Assembly: GCA_950097015.1 (NCBI GenBank)
Contig: CATNEN010000002.1
Span: 2,604,001-2,668,000 of the forward strand
From: Macrostomum hystrix
Lineage: Eukaryota > Animalia > Platyhelminthes
Length of the DNA: 64,000 nucleotides
Direction of reading: 5' to 3'
In this document: one piece after another, positions 46,009-60,800 of the stretch
Position numbering within the stretch: the first letter of the stretch is position 1
How the letters are laid out: each line of letters begins with the position of its first letter
Notes under the pieces: generated by a model
Told to the model about the DNA's origin: nothing
What the model saw: only the letters and a program-made list of their open reading frames with translations
The model's database searches: none
Position numbers and translations under genes: made by a program

Positions 46009-47439
46009 TAGCCGCATGGATAAATCTGTGCTATTACGAAAGGTTTTCACTCTGTCAACCAATGCTACCCTTCTGATAAATCACACTAACCCTCTATAAC
46101 TCATGCTACTCCCACGATAATTCATTATAATGTCTCGATAATTTAGCTATATTTCAATAGATCATGCAACCCTCTCAATAGTTTATGCAACACCCTCGAA
46201 TACTTACGTATGCTTTTGCATTTACTTGATGTATCACGCCTGCTATCAATAGATATCTAGCTCTATTATTTTTTAGTTTCGTGTTTTCTTAAAAAATTAC
46301 TTTGGAAATATTAAAAAATATTCCTAACTGTCCTGCTTAAAAACACGCCTAATTCTAAAAAACAATTATGCCATGCATCAGCTATGAGTAAAATATTTCT
46401 CCTTGTCTTGAATTCAATAATGATTGTAGCAATGCTCAAAAACGTTTCTTTCGTTTCGAAAATAAAAAAACGCTAACAGCAAGTATGCTCGAACAGTTTT
46501 CATTTAGTGCTTGCAAGAATGCTTGAAAGAAAGTTAAAATATATAATGAAAGAAACGCTTATACCTTTGCTTAAGGCATTTTCTTATATTTGTGAATCTA
46601 AAAATGCTGGCAGCGAAAATTCTTTCCTCGGTTTTGTATCGAAAAACACTTGTTGCTGCAGTCGAAAAATGCTTTATTCTATTCTTAGTGCGAGAAGAAT
46701 TATTAAGCTAACAAACATTTGCCTCGACTATCTCGCGCTAATCAAATGCGCTGACTATTACCAGTTAACTGTACCTGAAAAGACAAATAAAGAATAATAA
46801 TAATAATAATACTGTTATCTACGTTTTTAACTGATGATAATAAAATATTATCAACAGCTCCAATAGACTTCGAGCTAGATGAAAAAACGGCACAATGATT
46901 GAAGTCGAGACAATTTGTGACGATATATGGACTGCAGTTTTCAGGGATAGAAAGGAGGAGGAAGGGTCTGACTAGCATTGAGAAATATGAAAGTAAAATC
47001 TGTGTAACTTACAGAAGTTTTTATTATGTCAATAAAAATGTTAATATTTTGATAAAGAGTTCTACCTGTCTATAATTCATGCTACTCGTTCGATAGTCCA
47101 TAATCAGTCCTCGATAATTTATGCTACCCTTCAATTAATCATGCTGCCCCTTAATAAGACATGCTACCCCTCGATAAATTAAGCTACTCCTTGACAATTC
47201 ATGCTTTCCCCTCAAAAAACCATGCTACCTCTGCAAGCCTTGCAAATGCCTTGCAAATACAATGTTCTGAAGTGTATTTGCAACTAAATCGAAAAAATAT
47301 ATAGGATGGCACTATTTTGAAGGATAGAATGAAAATTGAAGTTTATACCGCAAGATGTCAAGATAAAAAATGTTATGCAAAGAAGGGGAAAGCATCAAAT
47401 TATCGATGGGTTAGCTTGATATATCGAGGAACAGCATGA

Positions 47440-48055
47440 ATTATTGACGGGACAGCATAGTTATCGACGGGACAGATAAATTATCGACGGGACAACATAA
47501 ATTATCGACGGGACAGATAAATTACCGACGGGACAGATGAATTACCGACGGGACAACATAAATTATCGACGGGACAACATAAATTATCGACGGGACAACA
47601 TAAATTATCGACGGGACAGATGAATTACCGACGGGACAACATAAATTATCGACGGGACAGATGAATTACCGACGGGACAACATAAATTATCGACGGGACA
47701 ACATAAATTATCGACGGGACAACATAAATTATCGACGGGACAGATGAATTACCGACGGGACAACATAAATTATCGACGGGACAACATAAATTATCGACGG
47801 GACAACATAAATTACCGACGGGACAGATGAATTACCGACGGGACAACATAAATTATCGACGGGACAACATAAATTATCGACGGGACAGATGAATTACCGA
47901 CGGGACAACATAAATTATCGACGGGACAACATAAATTATCGACGGGACAACATAAATTATCGACGGGACAACATATATTATCGACAGGACAGATATATTA
48001 TCGACGGGACAGATATATTATCGACGGGACATAAATTATCGACGGGAAAGCATAA
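47440..48055 (+). repeat. Expanded copy of the 20/21-bp TTATCGACGGGACA minisatellite
   Basis: ~610 bp versus ~260 bp at 23420-23680. Confidence 0.9.
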
Positions 48056-51000
48056 ATGATGTTACCCAACTCTGCAACTCAACCTCGTGATCTTAAGCAC
48101 TGTCATCCCTGATCCCAAACACTGTGATCCCTGATCCCAAACAATGCCATCCCTGATCCCAAACAATGTCATCCCTGATCCTAAACACTGTCATCCCTGA
48201 TCCTAAACACTGTCATCCCTGATCCTAAACACTGTCATCCCTGATCCTAAACACTGTCATCCCTGATCACTGATCAATGCTGTCCGGTCAGTAATTTATG
48301 CTACACCCTAAATTATTCATGTTATCCTTTTTAAAATCTTTCTACTGCATTGAAAAAGCATGCTACCGTCTGAATATATCATGCTACCCTCTCAAAAAAC
48401 CAAGCGACCACAACGATAAATAATGCAACCCCTTTGATAATACATTCTAACCCTTACAATTAACTGCGATAATTTTAAGGCGAGTTGATAATTTGCTACT
48501 CGATTGATAATTTATTATTCCCCCTTTGTTTAACTTTTTTATCAATTTGTAGTTCTTGCTTTCTGACAAAAATATTTCGTCTGTTTAGTATAAAAAACAC
48601 GTGCCGCTAAAATTAAAATATATTCTTTTTTAACTGCGAGAAAAGTAGTAATCAAGCAAACAGTTAATCTTGCTTTAAAGGTAGCTAATCAAAAGTGCTT
48701 ACTATTTTTCTTGAACCCAATTGAAGCCTGATAAATTAAATACAAATCAACAGTTACTTGCGCTTTTAACTTTCGGTGATAGAAGATAAGAAGAAAAAGG
48801 CAGTAACAAAAATAACACTGAAATGTGACCTGCATTCTGCAAAAAATAAATGTACTTTACTACGGAGCTAGATAAAAAGAAAGCGGCAAAAGGATCGAAG
48901 TCTTAACACTCGTTTACAAGTCTTTTCAAGGTTTGACAATATTTAGGCTGCAGTTTTAAGCGATAGAAAGGAAGAGGAGAGGTCGCGCTAGCATTGTGCA
49001 TAATAGAAGTCTAAACCTTGAAATCTACTAAGTTTTACTTATTCTAATGAAATCACTCAATCCGCTAAGAGACCAATATCACTATCGTCATATATAATCG
49101 CAGTGACGAACTCCTATTCGATTGTCGGTATCAGGCCGACCCTCTGTTCTGCTAATACACTCGCGGGCGAGAAAAAGCAGCGACGCTATCCCATTCAATT
49201 GAGTATCGGCCCTCGGCGATTCAAAAGATAAAAATAAGGAAAAATTAAAGCAAAAATGATTGCTTTTCGAATATTTAATGCCTTTAGAATTAATGAAGTG
49301 CCTAGAAAATTAACGTGTACCATCTCGTTAAGAGGGCGAATCATTATTCTTTCTTCAGAGAAAGATTCGCGAAAATCAGACAATGCGTTTGCCAGATCAA
49401 CGACAAGACCACTTTTTTACTTTGAGTGAATTGACACAGATGGACAATTTTCACTTTTAGTATATAAGACTAGCAAACTGAGCCCTTGGAGAGAAGAAGT
49501 TCATGCTTTAAAGCCATGAGAAGAAGAATAATTTTAAATATGCAACTTCACTACTCTGATTAACTTTACTTGATATCTTTTCGATAAATGATGCTACCCT
49601 TTGATATATCATGTTATCCCTTGACAATGCTGCTACCCTATCAAAAAAATCTTGCTACCCCTAGCCCTTTATGCGAATATCACAATGAATCATGCCGCTC
49701 TCAACATTTGATGAAGTTCCGTCACTAATAAATGCTGTCCTCGATAAATTATGCTACCCGTGATACATTTATGCTACACAATTAATTAATCATGCTTACC
49801 CTTGTAAAATCTCGCTACCGTCTCATGTACCGTCTCAAATCTCAATTTGTCATGCTACCCCTCGATAAATAATTGAGACCTCTTCGATAATACATTCTAA
49901 CCGATTTCGATAAATAATGATACCCTTCGATAATTCACGCTTTTCATCAATAATTCATTCTTTCCCCTTATTAAATCTTGCTTTCCGCTCAATAGTTTAT
50001 GATTATCACTCGATAGTATTGATTTTCCTAAATTATTCGTGCTCCCTATCGATAACTCATGCTTTCCCTTCGACAATGCATGCTTGCCCTTCACTAATTC
50101 ATGTTTTCCGTTCGATAATTCCTGCTTTCCGTTCGATAATTTCTGCTTTCAATTTGATAATTAATGATTTCTATTTGATAAAACTCATGCTTCCCTCGAT
50201 AATTCATGTTTTCCTTCATTTAATTTATGATTCCCATTCGATAATTTAGATTTCCCTAAATCCGTTATCTATAATTAATGCTTTACCCTCGATAACTCGT
50301 GCTTACCCTCGAAAACTTATTCTTCCCCTCGATATTTCCCACTTTTCTTTTCCAAAATTCATGCTTCCCTTGGATATATCATGCTTTTTATCGATTATTA
50401 TGCTACCCGCTCAATAATTTATGTTTTTCTTAAAAAAATCTGGCTTTTTCGTCGATAATATATGCTTTCCATCGATAAGTCGTGCTTCTCCTCGATAATT
50501 CATTCTCCATTTCCGATAAATGCTACCCCACTCGAAAATTCAGGCTTCCCCTCGATAACTCATGCTCTTTCCTCAATAATTCACTTCACCCCTCGATACT
50601 TTTTGCATTTCCCTAGATGTGTCAGGCTTTTCCCTCCAGAAATTTATGCTTACCCTTCGATAATTCGTGCTTTCCCTCGATATCTTATTCTTCTCCTCAA
50701 TATTTCACGCTTTGCCTTTCGATAATCGATGCTTCCCCACTCGATAATTCATGCTTTTCCATGATAGTTCAGGCTTCCACCTTGATGATTCATGCTCCTT
50801 CCTCGATAATTCATGCTTACACCTCGATATGTCGTGCTTTTTTCATCGATAATTAATGCTGCCCTATCGATAATTTACGATTTTCTAAAAAATCATGCCA
50901 TTTTTTCGATAGTACTTGCTTTACCTCGATAATTTATTTTTTCTTTCAATAATTTATTCTTACCTCGATGCTTCTTCCTCGATTACACAGTTTACCTCCT

Positions 51001-51372
51001 CGATATGTCATGGCATTCCCTCGATAATTCCCGCTTTACCCTCAATAAACCATTCTTTTCCCTCGATAATCCAGGCTTCAACCTTGAAATTTCGTGCTTG
51101 CTGTTTCCTCGATAACTTTTGCTGTCCGGGAAATACGAGTAATTCATGCTGCACCCTTTAATTGATAATGCTATGCCTCATAAAATCATTAAAAATGCTA
51201 CTGTCTAAAAATTTACGTTACTTCGATAAGTTATTCTTTTCCTTGGTATTTAATGCTATTTCGTCAATAATTCGTGCTTTCATTCGATAATTTTGATTTC
51301 ACTGGATAATTCAGGCTTCACACTCGGTAATTCACGCTTTTACACGATAGCTTATTCTTTCCTCAGTCTTAA

Positions 51373-52627
51373 TATAGCATTTTGCAGGCTAGTAGAGAAA
51401 ACAGGCAAGCAATTAAATAACAAGGACCACTAGAAGAAGAGTGGTCCTTGTCTTCTTCTTCTTCTATCTTCTATCTTCTATCTTCTTCTAGTGGTCCTTG
51501 TTAAATAATCGATGACAAAGTCAGTGGAATTTTTTACACTCTATGGTCAAGGCCATGTGCATTCCTGCAACCAAATAAATAATGTGAGCATGCAATTCAT
51601 CAGAGTCATCAGTTCTTGTGTTTCTTCAGCTCGAAATGGACGCAATCGACATCGAGGAAGATGACATTTTTGAGGAGGATGGAGACAGCTTTGTCACAGC
51701 GGAGGACGCAGTTCAGGCGGCGGCAGCACGTGGTCCGTACTCCAAGATAAGCAACGAAAAATATGAACTGATTTCAGTGCGCTTGAGCGAGGGGACAGTG
51801 CTGTGCAGATTTCGAAGTCTTTTAATGTAAAGGTACCAACTGTGTATACTATCCAACAGCGCTACGAGCTGACGGGACGTCGTGATCGACTCCATCGAGG
51901 AGGCGATCGAACGTCGAAGCTTGGAAACCAGCACGTGCAACTGCTTCTAGATTCACTGGATGCCAATCCATTATTGACACTTAAAGAGTTGCGTTGCAAA
52001 CTGGAGCATTCGTTCGACGGTCTTCGCGTAAGCGAAGCAACACTTAGCCGATCTCTAGAAATACACCTGATCACGCTGAAATGCTTAGGCAGAGATGCTG
52101 CCGTACTCACCATTTTTGAATCCGACTGAGAGTGCGCACTCCTGCCTGAAGGCGACAATAAAACGTCAGTTGTCTTTGCCCCAAGTTCAGCTCGAACTTG
52201 ACAATCCACCACCACAGACAACACTATGCGAGTGGCGAATTCTTGTTCTTCAGAGAATCGCAGAGGAAGCAACTTCCGAAATCACACCGGTCAAATGTGG
52301 AGGATGGTTTCGGAATGCACTCCGCTTCATCCCTAGATGTGTCGCGGGAGAAGACATCGTTTAATTTCTGCCATATATCGGACAGCTTCACTGAAGGAAA
52401 TCTTTTTCGAGTTTCATTTTGTACTTTTCCCTGGGTTTTGCGTACTAGTTTTTCATATGTTTCGTCATATTAATATTTAGCAACATAAAAAAGGAAAACT
52501 TGCAAATTTAGCGCGCAATTAGAGACAATTTCATTTCAGTTTTTTAGCATTTCCGAACATTAAAACGCTGAAACATTGATTATTTAATTGCTTGCTTGTT
52601 TTCTCTACTAGCCTGCAAAATGCTATA
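51373..52627 (+). mobile_element. Duplicate of the IS630/Tc1-like family A element, including the nested 82-bp fold-back (51420-51501)
   Basis: Same TIRs, TA flanks and ORF remnants at offset 24352. Confidence 0.9.
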
Positions 52628-52960
52628 GTACTCGCGCCCTTGGCCATAGACTAGAGATTTACCTTTTCCCATGAGTCCGCCTTATATACGCTGTCCCTCG
52701 TTCGAAACGAACCTTCTCTTTTCAAGAAATATAACAGCCAACTCATCAAGATTAAAACTCAACCGTATTTTCATTGCAAGTGCAATCCCCAAGCTTGGGC
52801 GTCACAGCACTTTTCATTGGATATCTCATGCATTGCTCTGGATGTAACACGCTATCTCTCTCGGCATTCAGGCTTTCCCTCGATATTTTAATGTCCTTCC
52901 TCGATAATGCATAGTACCCTCTCGATAATTCCTGCTTCATTGGATATATCCTGCATTCCC

Positions 52961-54080
52961 CTAGATGCATGATATATCCAGTTGTCGTTTCGTTGTAATT
53001 CTCACGCTGCTACCCGATTCGTCAATGGTGACTGACAGGACGTCTTCCTTCACCCGCCAATTGACACCTAGAGCCTTGCTAGTCTGTAGCCTCGCCTGTA
53101 TGTAGAACCCCGATTGCGAGGCTCGCTCGGACGCCGGAATCTTGGCTAGCACTTCTGCTGAGTTCGATTTCCACTTGCGGGCTCGCATTCCAGCTCTTCT
53201 CTACTACTCGGACAGCTGCTCAAACAGTTGAATCGCTCTGCGTTCTTCTGCCGACTCCAACGTTCTGGGAGCTTTCTCTGGCTCCTCTTCGATCTCGCAG
53301 CTCTGTATTATTAACTTTACGAAGTGATGCTCTAATTGTCTCGATTACAATGGCTAGACACTTTGTTTTATTGTTTATAACCATGTTTTCAAGTTCTCTT
53401 GCTATAACATTATAATAAATATAGCTCTTTGCAGACCATTTGATCCTTCCAGCATTCGATTTAATCCACAGTGGCAAAATCCAAACGTTTCAGGCCGATT
53501 TTTAAGTTTTCTATGGCCAAAAGTATGACCATAGAGCAATCGATTTGATCCTTCGGACACGCATTTAAGCCTCTCTCCACTGTTTAGTTGTTATTGTTTG
53601 CCCTAGAACACAGACTAGACGGTTATCATCAGACGTCAGAGAGCGAAGTAGCTAACACTATGTTCGACGAAGAAATTAAATATTAAATCTATGGGGCGGG
53701 ACTAAATGCGTGTCCTGTATGTAGCAACTCCGATTGCGAGGCTCGCTCGGACGCCGGAATCTTGGCTAGCACTTCTGCTGAGTTCGATTTCCACTTGCGG
53801 GCTCGCATTCCAGCTCTTCTCTACTACTCGGACAGCTGCTCAAACAGTTGAATCGCTCTGCGTTCTTCTGCCGACTCCAACGTTCTGGGAGCTTTCTCCG
53901 GCTCCTCTTTGATCTCGCAGAATTTCTTTAGCATCTCCGCCACGTCTTCCTCGTGCGCGAAACTGAAGAATTCTTGCTGACCCTCAACCATGCTGTTCGC
54001 CGGCGCGAAATCCATCCGTACAACGCAGGTCCAGCCGATTGGTGTTAATCTTGCGATCGGTTCGCCTGGCAATCCGCGAA
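52961..54080 (-). mobile_element. Duplicate BEL/Pao remnant, interrupted by a ~415-bp filler and a ~205-bp direct duplication
   Basis: Same peptides as 28609-29110; extra 620 bp between 53301 and 53920. Confidence 0.75.
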
Positions 54081-54847
54081 GCCTTCTGAACAGGCGGTGT
54101 TAGCTGGTGTTGGTGTTGTTGGCTAGTGGTGGTGGATTTAATAGAATAAACGTGAAGCTGTGAACAGGTGAACAGATACAAGCTGTGAACAGGTGAACAC
54201 ATACAAGCTGTGTACAGGTGAACACATACAAGCTGTGTACAGGTGAACACATACAAGCTGTGTACAGGTGAACACATACAAGCTGTGAACAGGTGAACAG
54301 TACAAGCTGTGAACAGGTGAACACATACAAGCTATGAACGGGTGAACAGATACAAGCTGTGAACAGGTGAACACATACAAGCTGTGAACAGGTGAACAGA
54401 TTCAAGCTGTGAACAGGTGAATAGCCTGCTGAAGTGGACATTGGTAATGGGCGAGGCTGCACAATTCTGAATTTAGTCAGCAATTTTTGTCATTTTTCCT
54501 TGATCATAGTCCTGGCGAGGTTCTTGTCCAGGATGTCTGTCGCAGGACCAAGAAAATATCTAGCATCAATATGCAGCCGCGAATGTCAGTTGAAACCAAA
54601 TACGAATAGCGGTAGCAACAAGTTAGATTTACTCATAAACATTCTCAAAAGCATTTATTGATTGCTGCAAGAACTTTGTTGGCAACTTAAAACGCAGTTG
54701 TTTCGCTTAATTCATATTGTTTTAGATTGAGATAATATATTTCATAATCAAAAATTACCAGACAATTAAATTTCAAATCGAGTACATTATGTAAAGGTAT
54801 ATTTCGTGCCACTTCGGTTTTCGTGTGTACTTTTCTTTATCAGCCAA

Positions 54848-57800
54848 TCAGAGTGGACTGTTAAGAATAACTCCGAATAACGATCTCTCGGCGTCCCAGG
54901 TGCTCTTAAATTCCGCCTTGCCGAGAGAGTTCTCAGCGGAGCACACGTAGGTGCCATACGCGTTGTCGCGGCCGATGTTCTCTGCAGTTGTGAAGGTGTC
55001 AAGCGATGAAAATTTGGGAGTCAAAATGCAGTGTGTCACTTCAGCCAACACCTTCTGACTAGTTTTCTCTAGAATATTCTGTCTTAGACGGTTCTATTTC
55101 TTCGCGGAAATTCCATGGACTGCCCATACAATTTTTAGCACACGGGAAACCCACTTTACGGATGCTTTTCAAACAATGGGAAAACAGGAATCATTTTCTC
55201 TATTTGTCCCTATTTGTTAATGCGCATTAGATCATTCGGTGGAAATGGTGAAATTATATTTTAGAAAATTATGATACACTTTTTTCTTTTGATAATTTCA
55301 ACAGCCTCACAAGCTATATTTTGGCTTCCATCCATAGGAAGCCAAAATCAATATTAATCCCTCCATATTGATAAATATTTTATTAAGGCTATTAAGGCCT
55401 TATCCTCTTAACTCCATGGACTGAGGGGGACGCCACACCACCCTCAATTGCCCCACCTAATGCTGGTACAATTAAAACAAATGGATGAAGCGAAGCAATT
55501 TAAAGATAAGTGTATTGCTTATCTTTATAAGTTGTTCTCTCTTTAGAGTCTCTATCCCTGGGCAGGAATCGAACTTCCGACCTTCAAGTCGAGAGCTTCA
55601 CGCTCTAATCACGAAGCTTCAACCACACGCGCTGATTGGTTGAACCAATCAATCTAGATAAAACGAGTAACAAGTTCACAAACCTATCTACCAGCTATGT
55701 TACTTCCTTATCGCTCCTTTCCGATTGAGCAAGCGAGTTGATGTCCTTTCCTTACCTTTTGGTAGTCTGAAATGGAAGGGGTGTTAGAATAGCCTTTAGA
55801 ATATGTTTGTGTACTTCAATTCATTAAACCACAATGCTTCTAAATCTAAACACTCACTTGTAAACTAGCTGCGACCCGTATCTGCAGGAGTCATTTTGGT
55901 CGAAAAAGGTCTTCTCATACTGCCTGATCCACCTTGGGGTCTCCAGTTGAACATTGTCCGCGTCGCGCTTGGTAATATCCAGATCCGGGTACGGGTAGCC
56001 GGTAAAGAGGCATTCAAAAAAAATGTCGCCTTCTTCCGTCTTCGTGATGTAAAAAAAGCCGTAAGTCCCTTGCCTCAACTCGCCTTCGCCAGGTCGGGCT
56101 AAGGGGTCGAGGTTAAACGTACTTTAGTACGACTAACGCACTTAGGGATGTCAACTTAAGACTCCAGAATGGAGACCTATGGTCAATCATCGAACCAAAT
56201 CAACTGAAATCAGCAGCTGGTCGATCAAGTTGACCCAGGGTACCCTGAAATAAAGCGAACCCTAATACTGAGCGAAACCCATTTCCCTGACTCCTGAGCA
56301 CACAGTACACAGATAAAGTACACAGACCCTGATTTCAGGTAAAGTACTATCTTACTGCACCTTTAAGCTGGCCCTAAAGCGTGCCAATTGTACAGCAAAA
56401 CCCTTAAACCTTCTCGCTGCGGCTGCGCCCCAAGTTAGTGTGGGCATGCCGCGAGTTCGGTCAGGAATCTTGGTGCTCTGAGAAACTGAGACCGCTCTGC
56501 CACTCACCCCCTACTAACAAACATTGTCCAAGCTACTCCGTTGGAAAATGTGACAGGAACGGAATCTTCGACAGCGGCCTTGAAAGCGTCTCTCATGATG
56601 CAATCTTGAAGCTTACTACCCTATAACTGAACCTAATCCGAATTAGCTTTTACAACTTCCAGCAGAATCATGTTGCGCGAAAAGTTCTTACTTTGCATGA
56701 AAGCCTTGATGGGCACCGACTGAATATACAGATCTTCAACGCCCGATAAGTTGATGAATGACCTGACGGCCACGCACATGAAAATGCCCGAATTGTTCAC
56801 GGAGCCAGTCTGCAGCGTCAGGGTCGCTTTGCCGCCCTCCAAACGCTTTTTCATGCCGGAAACCTCGGTGGCAGTGCCGGCTTCCCTCTCATCGTAGAGG
56901 CACTTGAAGTTCTTGCACTTTTGTGGGTGTGCGTGTGATAGGATGCTTGCAAAAATATTCCAAATAGAATGGCTATTAACAGGGCTTTCCAGTGTAACCT
57001 ACCTTGACCCAGTCCAGGTAGCGATATGTTTCTGAATTTCTATCCACTTCTGCGTCGTAGTTCTGCAGAGTGCAGGTCAGCTCAATCGGTGGTCCATCGC
57101 GGCGCAAATCGACGATGTCCGGATTTCGAATGATCAGCGAAGAGTCATTCATTGTGACGACGATGTTGGGCCTCTCGGGAATCGCTGGAGAAAACGATGG
57201 TGTGCGAACATTATCTTAGTGGAAGGCTGGTGGGACTCCTTCTAAACCGGCCGATCTCTATCTGTACGGACTCACAGACTGGTTCTCTGACTCACTGCTT
57301 TGGTCTCTTCACTCACAAAGATTTAGTAGGCCTGTGCTTAGAGATTCAGGCACTAATCTGGGGGTCGGGAGTTTGCCAAACCTCAGCCAAGAAAAATTAA
57401 TCTGTATTCTCGATTCGCAGCCAACGGAGAGACAATTCAGCACATTTCGCTGACTTCAGAACATGCACAGGTACATGGATACTGTATACAGGCACAAAGT
57501 CACAGGTGATTGTATCTGTTTTGAATTTTCTTCAGGCAGTGTACACTCTCAATGTACCTTGGGGTTCGGCTCTCAAAGGCATAAATGGCACGACAAGCCC
57601 CGAAGCCTCGGAATCGAGCTCAGGGACATTGGTGCAGGATGGAAACTTATAACAAGTTTCTAGACCTATGTACAAGACCTATCAACGATAGGAACGGCGA
57701 TTCTGGTGGCCGACAATGACAAAGGACGTGGAGGACTTCGTAGCAACGTGCGACAAGTGTCAGAGGACGGCTCGAATCCCGATCAGCCACCTGGTGCAGC

Positions 57801-60800
57801 TTGTGCTAGTGCCTCGAGTGGAGGAGGCCTTCACTAAAGTTATCATCGACCTAAGCGAGCCCTATCCAAGGACGGCGAGCGGTCACCAGTACATCCTGTC
57901 GGTTATCGACGCGGTTTCCAGAAGGATTCCCTCTGCGTAAGATCGACGCGGAGTCGCGGGAACGAGAGCTAAAGCGCTTAGATCAGGTGCTGCTGCTGTT
58001 GCCATCGACAGCCAAGAAGCTCCCCGCTAAATGGCGCGGCCCCTATGAAGTACTGGAGAGGTGCAGCGAGGTGAACTAACGAATTCGGATTGGCTCGGCA
58101 ACCAACATGTTCCACATCTGCTCAAGAAATACAACGCGCGAGAGTCGATTCTGATGCGGCTGTCAGCGGCAACGACGGGTGCTCCTGCGCTGTCCGACCG
58201 TCTGAGCCCGGACGAGAGGGACCGTCTCCAGCAGCTGGTGCTGGACTTCGCGAACGTCTTCAGTGAGATGCGGTGAAGCACCGAATCTGGACGACATCTG
58301 ACCGCGTTGTGCGCATCCAGCCTCTGCGGGAGCTGCAGGCGCATCGATCAACAGGTGCTCCAACAGGAGTTCCAAAGCATGCTGGACCTCGAGTGATCGA
58401 ACCGTCGGATAGTGACTACTGTTCTTCTGTCTAGTGGCCAAGAAGGACGGCTCCGTCCGATTCACTGTCAACTTCAAGGTGCTGAATAAGCTGGTGGCTT
58501 TCGATTCCTACCCAATGAAGAACATCGAGGATCTGCTGGAGCGAGTCGCCAAGGCCAAGTTCATGTCTAAGCAAGGGCTACTGGCAGATTCCTCTGTCCG
58601 AGAACTCAAAGCGGCTGACGGCATTCGCGGCCGGTGGCAGGCTCTACCAATTCACCGTATACCCGTGTGTTTAAACGACAGAAGTGCAACGCACCAGAGG
58701 GCTGGTCCAAACTGTTCCAAGGGCTGGGCAACGCAGACTCATACCTCGACGACATTGCCGTGTTCAGCGATCTTTGAACAGCACGTCCACGACCTGAGGG
58801 AGGTGTTAGGCCGTTTCCAGGCTGCCTTTCTGACGGTGCAGCCACGCAAATGCTACCTGGGCGGCAACTCGGGGGACTACCTCGGCTTCAAGCTCGGCGG
58901 AGGCCAGATCGGCACGAGCGAGGATCGAGTGCGGACTGCACAGGCTCGACCCCTGACTAAGGCCCAGCTGCGATCAGTGCTCGGAGTGCTCAACCAATAC
59001 CATCGGTTCGTGCCCGGCTACTCCGACAAGGTGGCAGCCCTGACGGACCTCACGAAGATGTCGGCGCCTGAGGACCTAAGAGCGGCCTGGGGAGAACAAC
59101 AGACTCGAGCCTTCGAGAAAGTGAAGTCTCTGCTGGCGAGCGAGCCGGTACTACGCGCGCCGGATTGCAGTCGGCCATTCATTCTGGAGACGGACAGCTC
59201 GGAGACCGGCATCAGCGCGGTGCTAACGCAAGAGTTCCAGGACGGCAATCATCCTGTGCTATTCGTGTCACGGCGTACCTGCAGATGGACCACACAAACC
59301 CGCGGCTCCAACGGTGGACCTTCTATCTGTCTGGCTACGACTACGAGATCCGGTACTAGCCAGGCAAAAGCAATACGGTGGCCTACGGTCTCAGCCTCAT
59401 CTGGACTGATTGATTGACCAAATGATTTACTGACTGACTCAGGATTGAGTGACTGTCCACGTGATTTATTGTACCAGACGGCTCAGTAACTGACTTTGCA
59501 TTGCTGCTTGTTTAGTCGATTTTGCAGGACTGTGGGATCGATTGATTTGTAGTGTCTTAGTTTGACCGATTTTGCGTTGCCGATTTGAACTCAAGTTTTA
59601 CTGGTTCCTGCGATTCAATTCTGACTTGAATTATGGTCCGGATTCCTACTTGCGGTGCAGAAATTAACGTCAACTTTTTTGTACATGCCCGTGGAGTCGT
59701 TGCTATAAATAGATGTGTGGTGTGCTCAGAGGCGGTTTGGGCCTCCCTGGCTCAACTTGGAACCTGTGAATCGTGTGTCGATCATTCTTACTGGGATCAA
59801 AGAATGCAACAAAGTGAAAACGTCATTATTTGATATTACTGCTCGAAGTAAAAACTACGTAAACAAACTTACAATCCGTCGACTCGGAGCTCATGTTGAT
59901 CGACCTGGTTTCGTGCGCAACGTCGTTTTTCGCATTGCAAGTGAAGGGCACTTGGTGTACCTGCTTGTCCATAATAAACGTAATGTTCGCGTAGCTTCGG
60001 TTTCCGATCTGACCCTCGTCAGCCAACTGTTAAAATAAATTCGGAATGTGTGAAGCTAGTCAAAAAGCTACATTGAATTTTGAGGCTTTCGCAGTGCACC
60101 ACACTGACAGGGACAAATGTGGAACAGTAATACAACCTGGAGGGAGTTTGCCTGTGCAAGCATCCGTGTCGACTGATGCACAGTCTGTCTGTCTACTGCC
60201 CGTGGGGGGTTAGAGGCAGAGCGGTAGCGGTCTAACGCATTTGCCACTCGCACCAAGGTCCCTGAGCTCGATTCCGCAGCGAGGCCACATTCATTTAGGG
60301 CGCAGCCGCAGAGGATGCCCTTGAGGGCCAGCCTCCGAGGCACAGTGAGAGTATACACTGCCTGACGATAAGAAATTCAAGGCGATGTACACACCTGTGT
60401 GCATGGCGTGTGCATGCGCTCTCTGTGTCTGTGTGCTTGTGTGCTCAGGAGTCAGCGGAACGGGCAGAATTGCCTCCTCGCTTGCTGCAGGTATAGTGTG
60501 ATTAAATTATATGCTATTGTCTGCAGCCCTCCTGCAATTAATATAATTATTATTATTATTATTAGTATTCTTCTTCTTAATATTTTTTATGATTAAGTGT
60601 GCATCCTAAACGCATTTTTACTGGTGTTGAATCGAATGTCATCAATTTTGTACAAAATAATTTCAATACTTCAAGATCCAGAACACTTACAACCACGCCA
60701 GGAACGCTTGTGGCATTCTTCCCCAGAACATCCCACCAGACCTTGGCTGGCGGCACAGCGTTTTCATCGTAGCAATACAACCACTGACGCCTGCGATCGA

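Noticed and set aside
45315-46099. Long ORFs (GRLWGASGELM, SPEAPHSLPIS repeats)
   Set aside because: Translations of the 33-bp minisatellite, which is absent from the paralogous unit.
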